From the NCBI RefSeq assembly GCF_009914755.1, contig NC_060946.1: 64,000 bases of DNA. One strand, 5' to 3'. The notes beneath the pieces were generated by a model. It had not been told where the DNA came from and ran no database searches. It saw only the letters and a program-made list of their open reading frames with translations. Source of the DNA: the human T2T-CHM13v2.0 reference genome, Homo sapiens. A program made the translations under genes and the position numbers. Shown piece by piece: positions 30,556 through 58,629 of the stretch. Each line of letters begins with the position of its first letter. Positions within the stretch are counted from its first letter, which is position 1.

Positions 30556-30598
30556 CGGGCTCGAGCGGCGGCCCCGCTGCCTCCGCCTCCGTCCTCAT
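30556..30598 (-). CDS. GUCD1: GUCD1 exon 1 coding part (MRTEAEAAGPPLEP-G)
   Basis: ATG at 30598, 43 nt to GTCAGT donor; phase 1 joins exon 2 in frame. Confidence 0.9.
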
Positions 30599-31221
30599 GA
30601 CCCGGGCGGCGCGGGGCGCCCATGGCCCCGGCCCAGAGCGGGCTACAGCTTCCGCTTCGGCTGGGGCGGGAGGGCGGTCGGTGCGTGTCGAGTTCCTTCT
30701 CCGCCACCGCCGCCGCTGCGGAGGGGAGAACGGGAGGCGGCGGCTGGGCCGCCCCAAGCGCCGCCCCAGCCCTTCCAGGTCTCGAATCTGGAGGCCCCGC
30801 CCCCTCCTTAGGCCCCGCCCCAAACTTTGATCTTAGAGGTCCCCAGCCTCTTGATTTAAGTCTGCTCCGGCCATTCGCCGCCTCAGCGTTGAGTGGCCCC
30901 ACCCTCTCGCCCAATCCTCGCGCAGACGCGCAGCCCACCAGGACGCGGGCCCCGGAAGCCCCGCCCCTTTCTTTGAGCCCCGCCCCAAAGCTCGTGCATT
31001 TCCTGAATAGAGGCTCGTCCCTTCGGCAAGCCCCGCCTCTGCCGGGTCCCGCTCTTTTGCCAGTCCTAGGTGTAAGCCCTGATCCCGCCCAGTGCATCCC
31101 CGAGGCCCCAAGCAACTCTCCTCCAACTGTCTTTAGGGATAACCCTGAGCGGGCAGCCGCTCTACTCTATACCTAACTTTATCCGTACCAGATACCTAGC
31201 CTCACTCAGGGCCCCCCTTAC

Positions 31222-31432
31222 CTGGCGGTGCCGGGATCAACAAATGAAATTGTGACGGGAAGTCCTGGCCCTTGGCCCAACCTCCTGCTGTCCCCGGTCT
31301 GAGGGCCCAAGCCCCGCGTCTCCGCCTTGCCGTCCAGCCTGTCCTTGGTGTGGGGTGCTTGGAAGTGTGAGCACCCTCTCTGGCTCTTTGCCGGCCCCAA
31401 GGGTCGTTGCGGCGGCCCCCGGGCCCAGTCAT
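31222..31432 (-). CDS. GUCD1: GUCD1 alternative upstream first coding exon (70 aa, MTGPGGRRNDPW...LIPAPP-G), predicting a 296-aa isoform
   Basis: ATG at 31432, 211 nt to a strong CAG|GTAAG donor; phase 1, in frame with exon 2. Confidence 0.6.
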
Positions 31433-31599
31433 CAGCCCTCTTTTCCGGTGCCGGAACTATCGTACTGGTGCCCTAGTTTCCCAGCCGGCAGGCGGAGTGA
31501 GGAGGAAGCGGAGGCGAGACCGCGCTCAACACTGGGGAAAGGAAGGAGGCGGGCCCTGCGCGCAGCATTTTGGGAAAGAGTGGAATTCTGGGTGTTAGG

Positions 31600-31678
31600 C
31601 CCGCCATTCGCTTGACTCACGCCTTCGCCGTAGCATCTTTCGCAGCGGACCGAAGAGAAGAAAAGTAGGCCAGAGCCG
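31600..31678 (+). other. SNRPD3: SNRPD3 non-coding exon 1 (5' end approximate)
   Basis: CCG|GTGAGG donor at 31679 at the edge of the CpG island, upstream of the ATG-containing exon. Confidence 0.7.
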
Positions 31679-31997
31679 GTGAGGCTGGGGACGGGCGAGG
31701 GGAGGTCGAGGCGCCTGTGAGGGGCCAGGGGCTGGAGAAAGACTTGCTGCATGGAACTCTGCGGGGCTCGGGGAGGGAAGAAAGCGGGAAGCTTGGGCCA
31801 CCCAAACATCAGCGTCGCCTCACTAGCTCCTGGAAGTAAGTTCATTAGCTTTCCCCTCAACGTGCATGCTTCTCACATTCTGTATCTCTCCAGGTGAGTG
31901 TTTTTCAAAGCTTCCAGGCAGTAATCTCGAAGTCATTTCTGATTGACTATCTCCTTCCCCCAAATCCTATGAGTTTTTTTTTGTTTTTTTTTTTTAA

Positions 31998-32126
<129 letters not shown>

Positions 32127-32673
32127 TAAAAAGTTCTTTGTATCTCTGCCCCAGTCCCCTTTCAGGCAATGGTCCCCTCATGCTTTCCACACTGTTGCAG
32201 CAGTTTTAACTGTTGCAGAAGTTTTAACAAGTTTCTCTGCTTCTAAACCTTACGTTCTATCCATTTTGTAAATAAATGCTGCTATCTTTTCATTGCGTCA
32301 TTCTTTACATATAATTCTGCAGTGGTTCTCCACTACCTTCAGCATAAAATCTAGACTCCTAAGGCTGAAAGCCAGGGATCCTCACCAAAGGAGCCTGTCC
32401 TTTCAACCTCATGTTCTCCTGTCTTAGGTACGCTTAAGTTGAAACTTAGAGTTGTTGCTCATCTCAATAAAAAGTTCACTGCTTGATGCTTTTGATTAGG
32501 TCAAGTCAGGTGCTTTCCCTGATTTTCCTCCATGACAAGCATTTCCTGCATATAGCACGTTGTCACTTTGATATTTTCTCAATATCCTTGATAGTAAAAT
32601 AAGTGAAGGGTTAAAGGGCTGAATTAAAAGTACAGCCTGCTCTCCTAGATGTGCATGGTCCTTTGGTCTGTAT

Positions 32674-32842
32674 CTGCACCTTCCATAGGGTAGTCACTAG
32701 CTACATGTGGCCGTTGAGGACTTGGAATATGGCCACTGGGATTGAGGGACTGGGTTTTTTTATTTTAATTCTATTGTGTTTTAGTTAAGTTTAATTTAAA
32801 TAGCTACGTGTGTACATGAGCTGCTGTATTGGACAGCTCGGG
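32674..32842. mobile_element. MER3-like hAT DNA transposon
   Basis: GGTAGTCACTAGCTACATGTGGC...TTAATTTAAATAGCTACGTGTG...GTATTGGACAGC, imperfect terminal palindrome. Confidence 0.7.
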
Positions 32843-33263
32843 CCTGTATTATTCTCAAAACGTAGTCATCTACAATTAAGGGTTAAAAAATAACAGTGCA
32901 ACAAATTAACATTCCAATCCCCCTCCCCTGACACACACAGTATTGGCTAATGGTCCTTTAGCTGAAGATTAAGGGACATAGGGTAGTGGGGACACATGAC
33001 CCATGGGAGATGCTCTCTTTTCATTCCTAGTTTTACTTCTGTCCATCCCATCATTCCTCCTCACCCCACATCTTGCACATATTTGCCAGATAGTTTCCTC
33101 CAAACCAGGAGCTGAGCTTTTTTTTTTTTTCCTTGGTAGAAAATGCAGCTTTGGTGTTTTTGCTAAGTTTTATGGAGTGCCAGGCCTTAAAGGAAGCATG
33201 ATGTGTGCCGCATGCCTTTTCAGACTCTGAAAGATGAACTGACTGTTGTCTCTCTCATTGTAG

Positions 33264-33527
<264 letters not shown>

Positions 33528-34159
33528 TAATGCATACCAGTCAGGTGCTGTTATAGGCTCTGGGGGTGTGGGCATGAACGAGACACATAATCTTGAGGCA
33601 GAAAAGCCATTTGGAGGTTTGGAATATTTTACTTTGTCCTTTTTGTTTTTTCCATCCCCAAATATGGGGGTCTATTTGGGAGAAGTGCTACTTCCTTCAG
33701 TAGAATCCTTCAGATTCAGGGCCATTATCCATTTGCCTCCACTTGCTTTGCGATTAGCAGAATCTTCTCACCTACTGTATTTGTTTCCCTTTTCTCTTGG
33801 AGGAGGAGTCTCATTTGATTATTGCAACTACCTTGTGAGGTAAGCAGGTTTGGTGATAGTCTTGTCATCCATAAAATAGGGAGAATGAGATTAAAGGGCT
33901 CATCACTCTGATGATAAATAATGGAGTAGTTTCCTGATATGGTGTCCTTCTCATGGCACAACTTTGCCTTTTGCATAGTCATCTGAATTTTTATAGCATT
34001 GTTTTTCAGTTGTATCTTCACACTTTCTTTGTTCTTTAAACCACTGGTTAAGAACTTGGACTTGGGAGTCAGAGAGAGATGTGGGTTTGAATCCTAATTA
34101 TATGACTTTAGATGTATTAACCACTCAGTTTTCTCATCTGTAAAATGGGGGTGGTATTA

Positions 34160-34590
34160 TGTTGGGTTCTTTGATGTAGATGCCAAGACAGAATTTTGCA
34201 AGGTATTTATTGGGGGAAATGACAATAAAGGATAAAAGAGCAAGGAAGCAGTAGTAGGCAGGGAAATTTTCAGTCTATGGTGCTGGTCTGACTGGTGAAA
34301 TGAGAGGGGAAAGGAAGGAGGATTGAGCAGGAAGAGCCTTAGACTACAGCGTAGTTTTGAGGAAATCTCAGCAAGGCAGCGATTGCTCGTTAGAAGAGTC
34401 TAGCATGGGGCAGAAATGGGCGGACTGGCACCCCCGGTGTGTTCAGGCTGGCAACATGGGGAGAGAGTAGTCTCAAGTTGAATGCCATGGTGGACTGCAA
34501 AGATGGAGATTGTCGGCTGCCTGCACTCCTCATAGCCTGTTCTCTTTTGAAGGGAGATGTGAGCAGCACACCCTTAAGACTGCCACAGGG
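34160..34590 (-). mobile_element. Old ERVL LTR (LTR16-like)
   Basis: AAGGTATTTATTGGGGGAAATGAC...GGAAGCAG...GGCAGGGA...GGTCTGAC resembles reverse-complement LTR16. Confidence 0.5.
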
Positions 34591-35379
34591 GTAATATCCA
34601 CACCCCCAGGACTTTTACAAAGATCAGATGAGCTGTATGTGTGCCATAGCTGCTCAGTGCCTCACATACTGTGAGTGTTCAACATATGATACCTATTGCT
34701 TTTTTCCAGATGAGAAGGTCAGAGAGGTAAAGCACCTTACACCGCGGTCAGGCATCCTGACCATCCATTGGTTTGCAGGGTTCATTTATTTGTGATTTTT
34801 CTGTAGCTTTGAGCGTCTGTCATCTTCCTGCGAGGTTGACAAGCTTGGTCAGTTCCCTGAATGCAGAGAAGTAGACCTCTGGTGACTCAGGTTTATTGCA
34901 TTACTGTCAATAGATCAGTTTATCTATTGAGGGTAGATAAGTTTATCATCTCTCATATATCCAGTCCTCTGGCTTAAGGCATGCTCATCCACTTTAAGGT
35001 TCTTTAATTTGGTGAGGAGAATGCAAGACTTGGGTTAGTGAAGCTTAATGGGTTTGTTCAATTAGCTGTATGTATTTGGACAACTTGCTGGGTTTCCAGG
35101 GCCTTTGTCATCCCATCCGTAACGTGAAGGTGTCTAACCAGATAACCTTGGTAGCCATTCAGAGATGCAGTCAACATGACACAAAGTGCACAGACCTTGG
35201 TGTCCGACAGACCTGGAATCAGCTTGTAGCCTGCCCCCTAGGGTGACTTGGGGCGAGCTTAGCTTTGGACCTCCTTCATCCTCTGGTCCCTCCTCTAAAT
35301 CAGGGATAAAAATAGCACCTTGGCCTCAGAAGGAACCACGCCTGACCAATGGTGGGGGACAGCCACCTGCCTCCCTGCT

Positions 35380-37088
<1,709 letters not shown>

Positions 37089-37339
37089 GGATGTAGAGGC
37101 CTCACTGGGTCTATCAAAACCTAGGCACATTGAATAAGAGCCAGCAGACTGTGGCGTAGCTAAAGCTGGTGGTGGGTGAACTCTGAGCACAGTTTAGTTT
37201 GTTCAGCACATCTCAGGCTGTGAGGCTTGCCTGTCCTTCCCAGATCCAGTCATTCTGCCTTTTGGGAATGAGAACATCCTCTTAGCACTTTTCCTTGCTT
37301 GTTCAATAACATTTTCTGTTATAAAAGTGGGGTGGGACA

Positions 37340-38815
<1,476 letters not shown>

Positions 38816-38816
38816 A

Positions 38817-38848
<32 letters not shown>

Positions 38849-38918
38849 TATGTATGTATATGTATGTGTATATATGTATGTATATATATGTGTGTGTGTG
38901 TGTATATATATATATATT
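38817..38918. repeat. Compound (TG)n/(TA)n microsatellite
   Basis: Directly visible dinucleotide repeat at the end of an Alu monomer. Confidence 0.95.
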
Positions 38919-40489
38919 TTTTTTTTAAAGGAAGAAGAGGAAATATGTGTATGTGAAACTCAGGATGAGGTCCCTGAAATGGTGCTTATCGGGTCAGAGG
39001 GTGTGCATCTGAGGTTAAGCTGGGAAGGCAGGGAGCTTTTGTTCTCCTTCTCATTCCGACAGCTGCAAGCCAAGCACTGGTGGCCAGTGCTGCAGGATAG
39101 GGCATCAGCTGCAGGATATGGCATGTTGGTCAAAATGCTGTTGGCATAAGTGAGAAAAATAACAATACTCCAAAATATGTCCCCAGTTTTATAAAAATGG
39201 ACCCAAATTATAAATGATACAAGCAAATACAGAGAGTAATGGTCAAACCCATTTCACTACATTCAAAATGACTTAATTCTTAGAAGTTTTGGTGGGAGAA
39301 TGTGGTGTAGAGCTCTGCACAAGCAGACATTGTGCTTTTGGGGCTTCAACATGACCACCCAATCACTGATGGGACTGTTTGAAATCTGTTTTGTTGGCTT
39401 TGGCATATAATAGCCATCTTTGGAAAACTGGTCTCTGTATGGAATATGGTCTTGTGTCACTGTATAAAAATGAGAACCCAAAAGAAGCTCTCACATGATT
39501 GGGTCAGAAAATTGCCCATAACTATTGCTAGGAAAGTTTTTGAAATCTCTGAATTCAATGTAATTGAATTTCTTTAGACACCTAGCCCTCTAGGTTGAAG
39601 GAAAACCAGTTTTTAAACTTATCGTATACTTTTTTTTTCCTGTACTGTTTGTGTGTGGATTGCATTCATCATGCTCCTCTACCCCATAATACTTTTGTAT
39701 TTCCTAAGAACAAAGATAGGTAGATGGCCTTAGTTGGTATTCGTATTATAGCAGTGGCATCCAAGCGCCTCTGCCTTTGTGTATGTGTGAAATTGTCCTG
39801 AAGAATGCATTTCTGGTGTATTGACAGGCCTGAGACACCCCAACACACCTTCACAGTCCTGGAGCTAGCTTTCTCCATCTTGGCCCCAGGTATCTAAGAA
39901 AGTCCCACCACTTTGTGCTACAAAGATTCTCTCTCTCCCCCTCAGGATGTCATTTCAGTTGGGTACCTGGCTTATACCATATGTGTTTCATTGTGGCTGT
40001 TGAGGAAAGTTGATTAAACTGGGTGTTCCTGCCTGGAGTTGATTAGGATCTGGTTCACTCAAAAGTTGCTGCCTTGGGCTTGTGATACAAACACAGGTCA
40101 GGCTTATTAGCAAGCTCTAGCAGGCATGTGTGCAGTGAGACTGTGGGGTTTTGTCCACAGCAAGCTGTTCTTAGCCAGTGCTACAGGGAAAGCGAGAGCA
40201 GTAGTGAGCCTGGTTGTTAGGGTTAAAATAGGAGTCAGATGACACTGGACTCTCCTGCTTCAGCCAGGACATAGTTCATTTATGGAAATGCCTAGATTAA
40301 GTCTTGTCGGACTTATGCAACAGCTTCTGTCAGGAAAGGAGTGAGATGTGCCCCTGTGCTGGAGGGAGTGTGGCTTAGCAGTGGCACAGCTCCCAAAACA
40401 CATTTTAGCTGTCAATCAGATTTAGCATGTACTGAGTCTCTATTATGTATTAGGCAATAGAGACAGCATTTAGACATACTTTGCCTTGT

Positions 40490-43365
<2,876 letters not shown>

Positions 43366-43572
43366 GGGGGGAGCCTCATACCCACGCTGAAGGTGTTGTG
43401 AGGACTGTTTAGGTAAAGTGCTCAGTGCAGTCCCTGGTGTACACAGTTAGTACCGATGATTGCTGGGTAATTCACCAGCTTTGTCACAATGTCAGTCTGC
43501 TTTTCTGGACTTCCCCCTCCCACCAGTCAAGGCCCTCCCCACCGCTGGTGCTGTTGACCGTTAACTTATTAG

Positions 43573-43815
<243 letters not shown>

Positions 43816-43946
43816 TAGGTTTGTCTTGTGTCTTGTAGAAAGGGGCCCTATTACTGCCTGGAGACAGAGAGGGTTTGACCTCTGCTCTCTCCACACCCAC
43901 CACCCACTGCCACCCCTTCCCCTTGCAGCGTGGAGTGATCCTGTGA

Positions 43947-44612
<666 letters not shown>

Positions 44613-45058
44613 GAGAGGCCCATCTTTTCTAGAAGTTCTGTGTGAGAGGTGTGGGATCGCTTGCCCTTGTCTAGTTTGCCGAGCAGACACAGCCCGGAGC
44701 AGATGAGCTGACTCGAGTGTGAGGGCAGCATTTCCTAGCGAGACTGGGTCTTATGGATGGACACCAGCATGTACTTAGGGAGGTCTGATAGTGGAGCTCC
44801 GTTTTCAGAAATAAAGCCACCTTTTAGTACATTCCAAAAGTGGGACTGTCCTTTTCGCAGTCCCCTAGTCTGGTCTTGCTTCTTGGTTAGCCTAATTTGG
44901 TTTTATATTTAGGTTCATGAAAGTTCTGTCATGTTGATTAGACAACAAAGTAATTGTGGCCCTTGGAAACTGTCTTAGTGTTGGTAAAAAAGGTTTGCAG
45001 CCAAGGAAGGCACTGGATTCTTCATTGGTATCTTTAGCTGCTGTACATGTTTTATATG

Positions 45059-46005
45059 TGTGTGAGGAAAAAAGTCAAACTGTGTTTTTCCTCTGCTCTC
45101 ACAACACAACAATCAACAAAGACTTCTGTGACCAAGCAAGCAGTCAGTTCTGCAGTAGACACCAGCTGGGTGTCCTTCAGTTCTGACACTATCTACCTGG
45201 AGATAGCCTGAAAAACCACAGGTTGAGGGCTTGGTCCCACAAGACAGCCCCTGCACCCCCCACTATTATTCATAAGCACAGGCCTCCAGAACATCTGAAT
45301 GGCTTCAAGCCAGGGTTCTCACGTCTCACTCCTTGGGTTCGATTAATTTGCTGGAGTAGCTCACACAACTCGGGAATCACATACTTAAATTTACTGGTTT
45401 ATAACAGGATATTTTATAGGCTACAAATAAACAGCCACATGAAGAGATGCATAGGGTGAGATCTGGAAGGGTCGCAAGCACAAGAGCTTCTAGCCCCATG
45501 GAGTTTCCTCCCGGCACATGGATAAGTTCTTGTTCACCTTCCTGTCAGGCTGCGCATGATCAGCTGTCCCGAAGCTCCCCTAACCCTGCCCTCTTGGGCC
45601 TTTTATGGAGACTTTATTGGATAGTCATGATTAAAGGATGGACAACCATGTGGAAATGCCATTAGACAAAATGGGTGTGATCTAACACTAATAGACGGGG
45701 TTGGGAAACCCCGCGAGGCCTGTCCAGATTCTTTTTGGCCTCTCTCTGCAGCATTTGTTCCTCCAGGGTATAGGGCAGGACCTTTCTCTGGAGTGAGGTC
45801 TTATGACCCACAATCAGATTAGGGTCCTGCCTTGGGCAGGTGAAAGGAGGGCAGGAGAAGTTTCAAGAGAGAGATTCTGTCTCCTGAGTCCTGCTTCTGA
45901 GGCCTAAAGTGCCCCAATGTTATAACAAAAGACTATAACAAGGACTATAGGAGTTACGAGCTGGGAACCATAGATGAAAGCTCAAGTTTAAAGATGTAAT
46001 AGTGT
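45059..46005. mobile_element. MER21-like LTR
   Basis: GACACCAGCTGGGTGTCC...TTCTGACACTATCTACCTGGAGATAGC...ACAGGTTGAGGGCT; GGGAACCATAGATGAAA near the end. Confidence 0.65.
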
Positions 46006-46009
46006 GAGG

Positions 46010-47370
<1,361 letters not shown>

Positions 47371-47521
47371 GCGGGAGGTGGAAATGCAATGGCCAGGGTG
47401 GTGTTGGACCAGGTAACCCTTCAGAACCCTTCTAACTGGTGTCCTAGGGCCCTGGCTACTCTGTGCTATGAGCATTCACCGACCACACTGACCTGGCCTC
47501 ATATTTTCTCTTCCCTTTCAG

Positions 47522-47583
47522 TGGCCGCAAGAGGAAGAGGACGTGGAATGGGACGTGGAAACATCTTTCAAAAGCGAAGATAA
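47522..47583 (+). CDS. SNRPD3: Sm D3 exon 4 coding part (VAARGRGRGMGRGNIFQKRR*), RG-repeat tail
   Basis: TTCCCTTTCAG acceptor, TAA at 47581-47583; total CDS 381 nt = 126 aa. Confidence 0.97.
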
Positions 47584-47715
47584 TTTTCTAAGTTGAACAG
47601 AACTTTGTCCTTTTTTCTTTCAGGTTATCTGAGTTCATTGGAGTGGGTGCTTGTGCATATATGCTAGGTATCTTTTGCCATCTTTCTCTTTAGATCAGGG
47701 GAAATGTTTAAGCTA

Positions 47716-47721
47716 AATAAA
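47716..47721 (+). terminator. SNRPD3: SNRPD3 proximal poly(A) signal AATAAA
   Basis: AATAAA followed by a GT/T-rich downstream element. Confidence 0.7.
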
Positions 47722-48076
47722 TCTGGGGGGTTTTTTGTTCTGTTTTGTTTTGTTTTCTTTGAGAAAATAAGGACTTTGTGTTCATTTGAAGTTTGCTTTG
47801 GCTAAATTTTGACACCCTGGGGGATGTCCTGGGAGAATGCCAGTACTTTGAAATAGCACAGCTATTGATGAGATTTTAAGCTGCTGTTCCTGGCCAGTTG
47901 CAGGTTAAGCCCCAGAAAAGTTCACCTTGGAGAAGCTCCGAGAACACACAGATTGTGTCTCATTCATCTTCAGACACAGGCACATAGTGTGGCACTTTGT
48001 TCAGTTAACATTTGTGGAGCTGTCATCAGCTCAGCTTTAACAACACAGGTGACTCTTTCCCTTGATAAAGTCATAG

Positions 48077-50440
<2,364 letters not shown>

Positions 50441-50558
50441 CCATTATCTTTTGAATCCTCTCTTCCTCCTGCCCACCATGAATTTACTTCCTCTCACCCA
50501 TCTCCCTGATATTGTAATTCTGGTTAGATCATATTCAGTGTCAAATTATTAAGATGTG

Positions 50559-50564
50559 ATTAAA
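50559..50564 (+). terminator. SNRPD3: Candidate distal SNRPD3 poly(A) signal ATTAAA
   Basis: Variant hexamer; consistent with my recollection of a long-3'UTR isoform but not provable here. Confidence 0.4.
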
Positions 50565-50950
50565 CTTTTTAAAAATATGACAGTGTCATAGTGATCACAG
50601 CTGAGTCATACAATAGACTAGATTACTGTGGAACTTTTCCCTGAAAGTAATCCTCTTGCATTTTTATTTGCTTGGTTTTCTATTTGTCACTAATTCAACC
50701 CCAATCATATCTAAAGATCATGACATCATTTATCAGTTATTATTCTTGACCCACCCCAATCTGGACTGGTTTCTCCCCGTGCTTGGTGTGTCACTGTCAC
50801 CCTGGGCACTCCCCACACTGCTCCTCTGTTGGATCTCTGTTTTCTGTGTAACCTCTTCTTTTATCACCTTATTTTGGGGGAGTATCTGCATGTCTAAAAA
50901 TGTGCTCACACTTGATTTGATTGGGTATGAAATTCTATGTTGGAATTAGT

Positions 50951-51640
<690 letters not shown>

Positions 51641-51849
51641 AGAGTCCAGATCCTTTTTATATGACTTTTTTTTTTTTTCCCTTCTGTTATCAGTGTTCCA
51701 AAATTTCAGAATGACGTATTAATACCTGCCTTGGCGAAGGTCTGTTTCCATGCCAGGCCCCTTTCCGAGTGAACTCTTGTCCTTAATTTCTGGGAAACTT
51801 TCTTGAATTCATTCTCAGTGATTTTCTTCCTTAGGTTGTCTGTGGTTTT

Positions 51850-53570
<1,721 letters not shown>

Positions 53571-54259
53571 AAAACATGAATTCTGGTTCTGAGTGCCACC
53601 GTGACCACCTCTCCCAGCCTCTGGTTGGTTATCTGTACAAGGGTGGATGTGGACTCACTTGATTCACTGATACTATCCCAGCTTCTACACTGGTAGAACC
53701 ATAACCTTAAAAAACAATCAAAGCATACAGGAGTTTTTCTGCCACTAGCCAAGATGAAAGTAATTGATTTATCATTGTGTCTGAAAAAACACACACAAAA
53801 TAATATGAAACAATGGTTTTCAAGACATCAGACATTGAAGGAGACTAATCCCTGAGAAACGAGAAATAAATAAGGGGAGTTGTACAATTGCCCCAGCTCA
53901 CTGCTTACAAGAGTCTCCAAGCTGTGGCACAGGGAAGGGGACTGAAGCTGACCTACCAGCCTGCCTGCATTGAGAAACGAGAGCTAAGAGTTCAGAGAAG
54001 CCACCAAGGCAGCTAGGACTATAGGACAGAATGTCAAGAGAAGAAAGCCACACAGAGAACCCAAGAGATCTGCAGCGGGTTGCTTTTGAACATTCAGCAG
54101 AATACTGATGAGCACACCGATGTGAGGAAGTTAACAGGCTGGGGAAGACCCATAAAGAATTGGAACAGTGCTTGGCGTCATGCTAGGCTGAGACTAAACA
54201 TTTTCCTATCAGTCAGACAAGAAATTCACAGGATATGGAGTACAGTGTTGTTTTAAGAT

Positions 54260-54791
54260 GTACCATATCTGATTTTGTTTTAATCAGGTATGGTAAGACC
54301 CAGAGACAGCTGCCTTGAAAGAATGTATTACAGTTCTCAAAGAAGGGGGCAAACCACGTTACGTGGGCCATATGGGGAGACACCAGCCTGAGTCAGGAGG
54401 CAGAAGGAGCAATGGCAGAGCAAGACCCAGAGCCTTCATTGTAGTTTTCTCATGAAGGAATGAGTGAGGCAGAGTAGGCAAGTTTGAGCAAGTTTAGGAT
54501 TGGATAGTCTGAATAATTTTCAACTGGGTTATAAGTGGTCTCTGTAAAGTACCTTGCCCTGAGGTGATTGAGGGTAAAGGAAATACTGGCTTAGTGTATG
54601 AGAGTTAGATAAAGGAGGCAGTTTTGGGTGTGGACTTTGGATTGTTTGGTTTGTACATGAAAGACACGCTGCCAGCAAGTTGTTTACTATCTCTAGGAAT
54701 TAGCTAACCCTGGGAGGAGCATCCTTCAGGATTAGCAAGGCCCAAGATACCAAAGCATCATAAAACAGAAAACAAAAGGCATGATTAATAC
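54260..54791. mobile_element. MER76-like ERVL LTR
   Basis: TGTACCATATCTGATTTTG...TTTACTATCTCTAGGAATTAGCTA...ATTAATACA; TG...CA termini. Confidence 0.6.
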
Positions 54792-55159
54792 AAATATCCA
54801 GGAAGGCCTTGCCTGGTAAATGAGGAATAATTAGCCCAAGACTGAGCGCTGGACCTGAATAACAAGTCATAAAAACAACACATTAAAACATGAAACTGTT
54901 TTTCCGGACCAATTAAATATATCCAAGAATAAGACTCAAAAAGATTTATAGGAATATAAAAATGTCCAGTACCCCACACAGTAAAATTCACTGTCTGGCT
55001 CCAGTCAGAGATTGCTAGGCATGCAAAGATGCAGGAAAGCACAGCACATAATGAGATTAAGAGATCCAAAACTACACAGATGTTAGAATTAGCAAAGAAG
55101 GACATTAAAAGTTATAACTGTATATTTCAAAAGCTGAGCAGATTTTAAAAGAAGACTCC

Positions 55160-57440
<2,281 letters not shown>

Positions 57441-58299
57441 AGTTGTGCATAGTTGGAAAAGAAAATACTAGATTTCATGGGTGATTGGCAACTAGCTCTA
57501 AGTGGAACAAGTGCATTTTCCTTTCCTTCCAGGTCCCAGAGAAAAACCTCCATGCTGGGTTGATAGCAGCAGCTAGGATCAGTTGCCCAAGACTCTGGAT
57601 TCTCGAGATGAAGACCGTCAGCAGAGGCTGATCTCTCCTGTGGGCTCATGTCCTAAAGCACCTTATTTGGGCTCAAATATCCTCCCTTTTAGGACAGAAA
57701 AGAAGTTCCCGAGTCTTGGTCATGTTGGGCCTGTGGAGCACATCATCTTTTCTACGTGTTTCCTTTTGATGTTCTCAGCATCCCTGCAAGATGTTCTCAG
57801 CATCCCTGCAAGGCAGGCTAAGGCATGAGGAGCTATAGGCCCAGGGAGCTGAAGGCAGATTCTAAGAGCTGGGTGTGGATGCTGCACCCCTGAGCCTGGG
57901 CCGCCTGGGTTTTGCTCAGTCTGGGAAGTACTTCCAAACCCACTCTTTGCTAGTCTTTTACAATCCTGCGGGAGGGCAAAGCCCAGATCATCATGGCTGC
58001 TTCCACCATGTAGCTGCAGATCAGGAAACTGAGGTCCAGGGAGGTCCTTACTGGCTTTGCTCCAGGGACAACGAGGCTTGAGGTCTGTTCCCCACAGGAG
58101 GACCATGATGGTTCTCCTGCTTCAAATGGCCCCTTTGGAAGGGGCTTGCTCATTTAGGTGAATCCTGGGGCCGAGCAGCCCCAGTGATAGTCCCTGGGAT
58201 GGCTGTAGGAGAGGGAGCAGCATGCAGGCGTTAACGTCACAGACTGGCACCAGGCCACCCGGGCTTACACTCTGGCTCCTCCAGTTCCTGGCTCTTTGA

Positions 58300-58629
<330 letters not shown>

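Larger units (their letters stand above)
30400..31800. promoter_or_regulatory. CpG island / bidirectional promoter of GUCD1 (-) and SNRPD3 (+)
   Basis: High CpG density; repeated GC boxes GCCCCGCCCC (30794-31040); ETS-type CCGGAA on both strands (30952, 31443-31456); ZNF143-like GCATTTTGGGAA (31565-31576); YY1-like CCGCCATT (31601-31608). Confidence 0.88.

Noticed and set aside
30360-31176. 251-aa and 184-aa ORFs across the CpG island
   Set aside because: Stop-codon scarcity in GC-rich DNA; only the internal ATG at 30623 is kept as a finding
32191-32228. 18-bp tandem duplication ACTGTTGCAG(C/A)AGTTTTA
   Set aside because: Two copies only; ordinary slippage, not CRISPR-like
34907-34930. 9-bp inverted repeat TCAATAGAT/ATCTATTGA
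   Set aside because: Short and AT-rich; expected by chance in 64 kb
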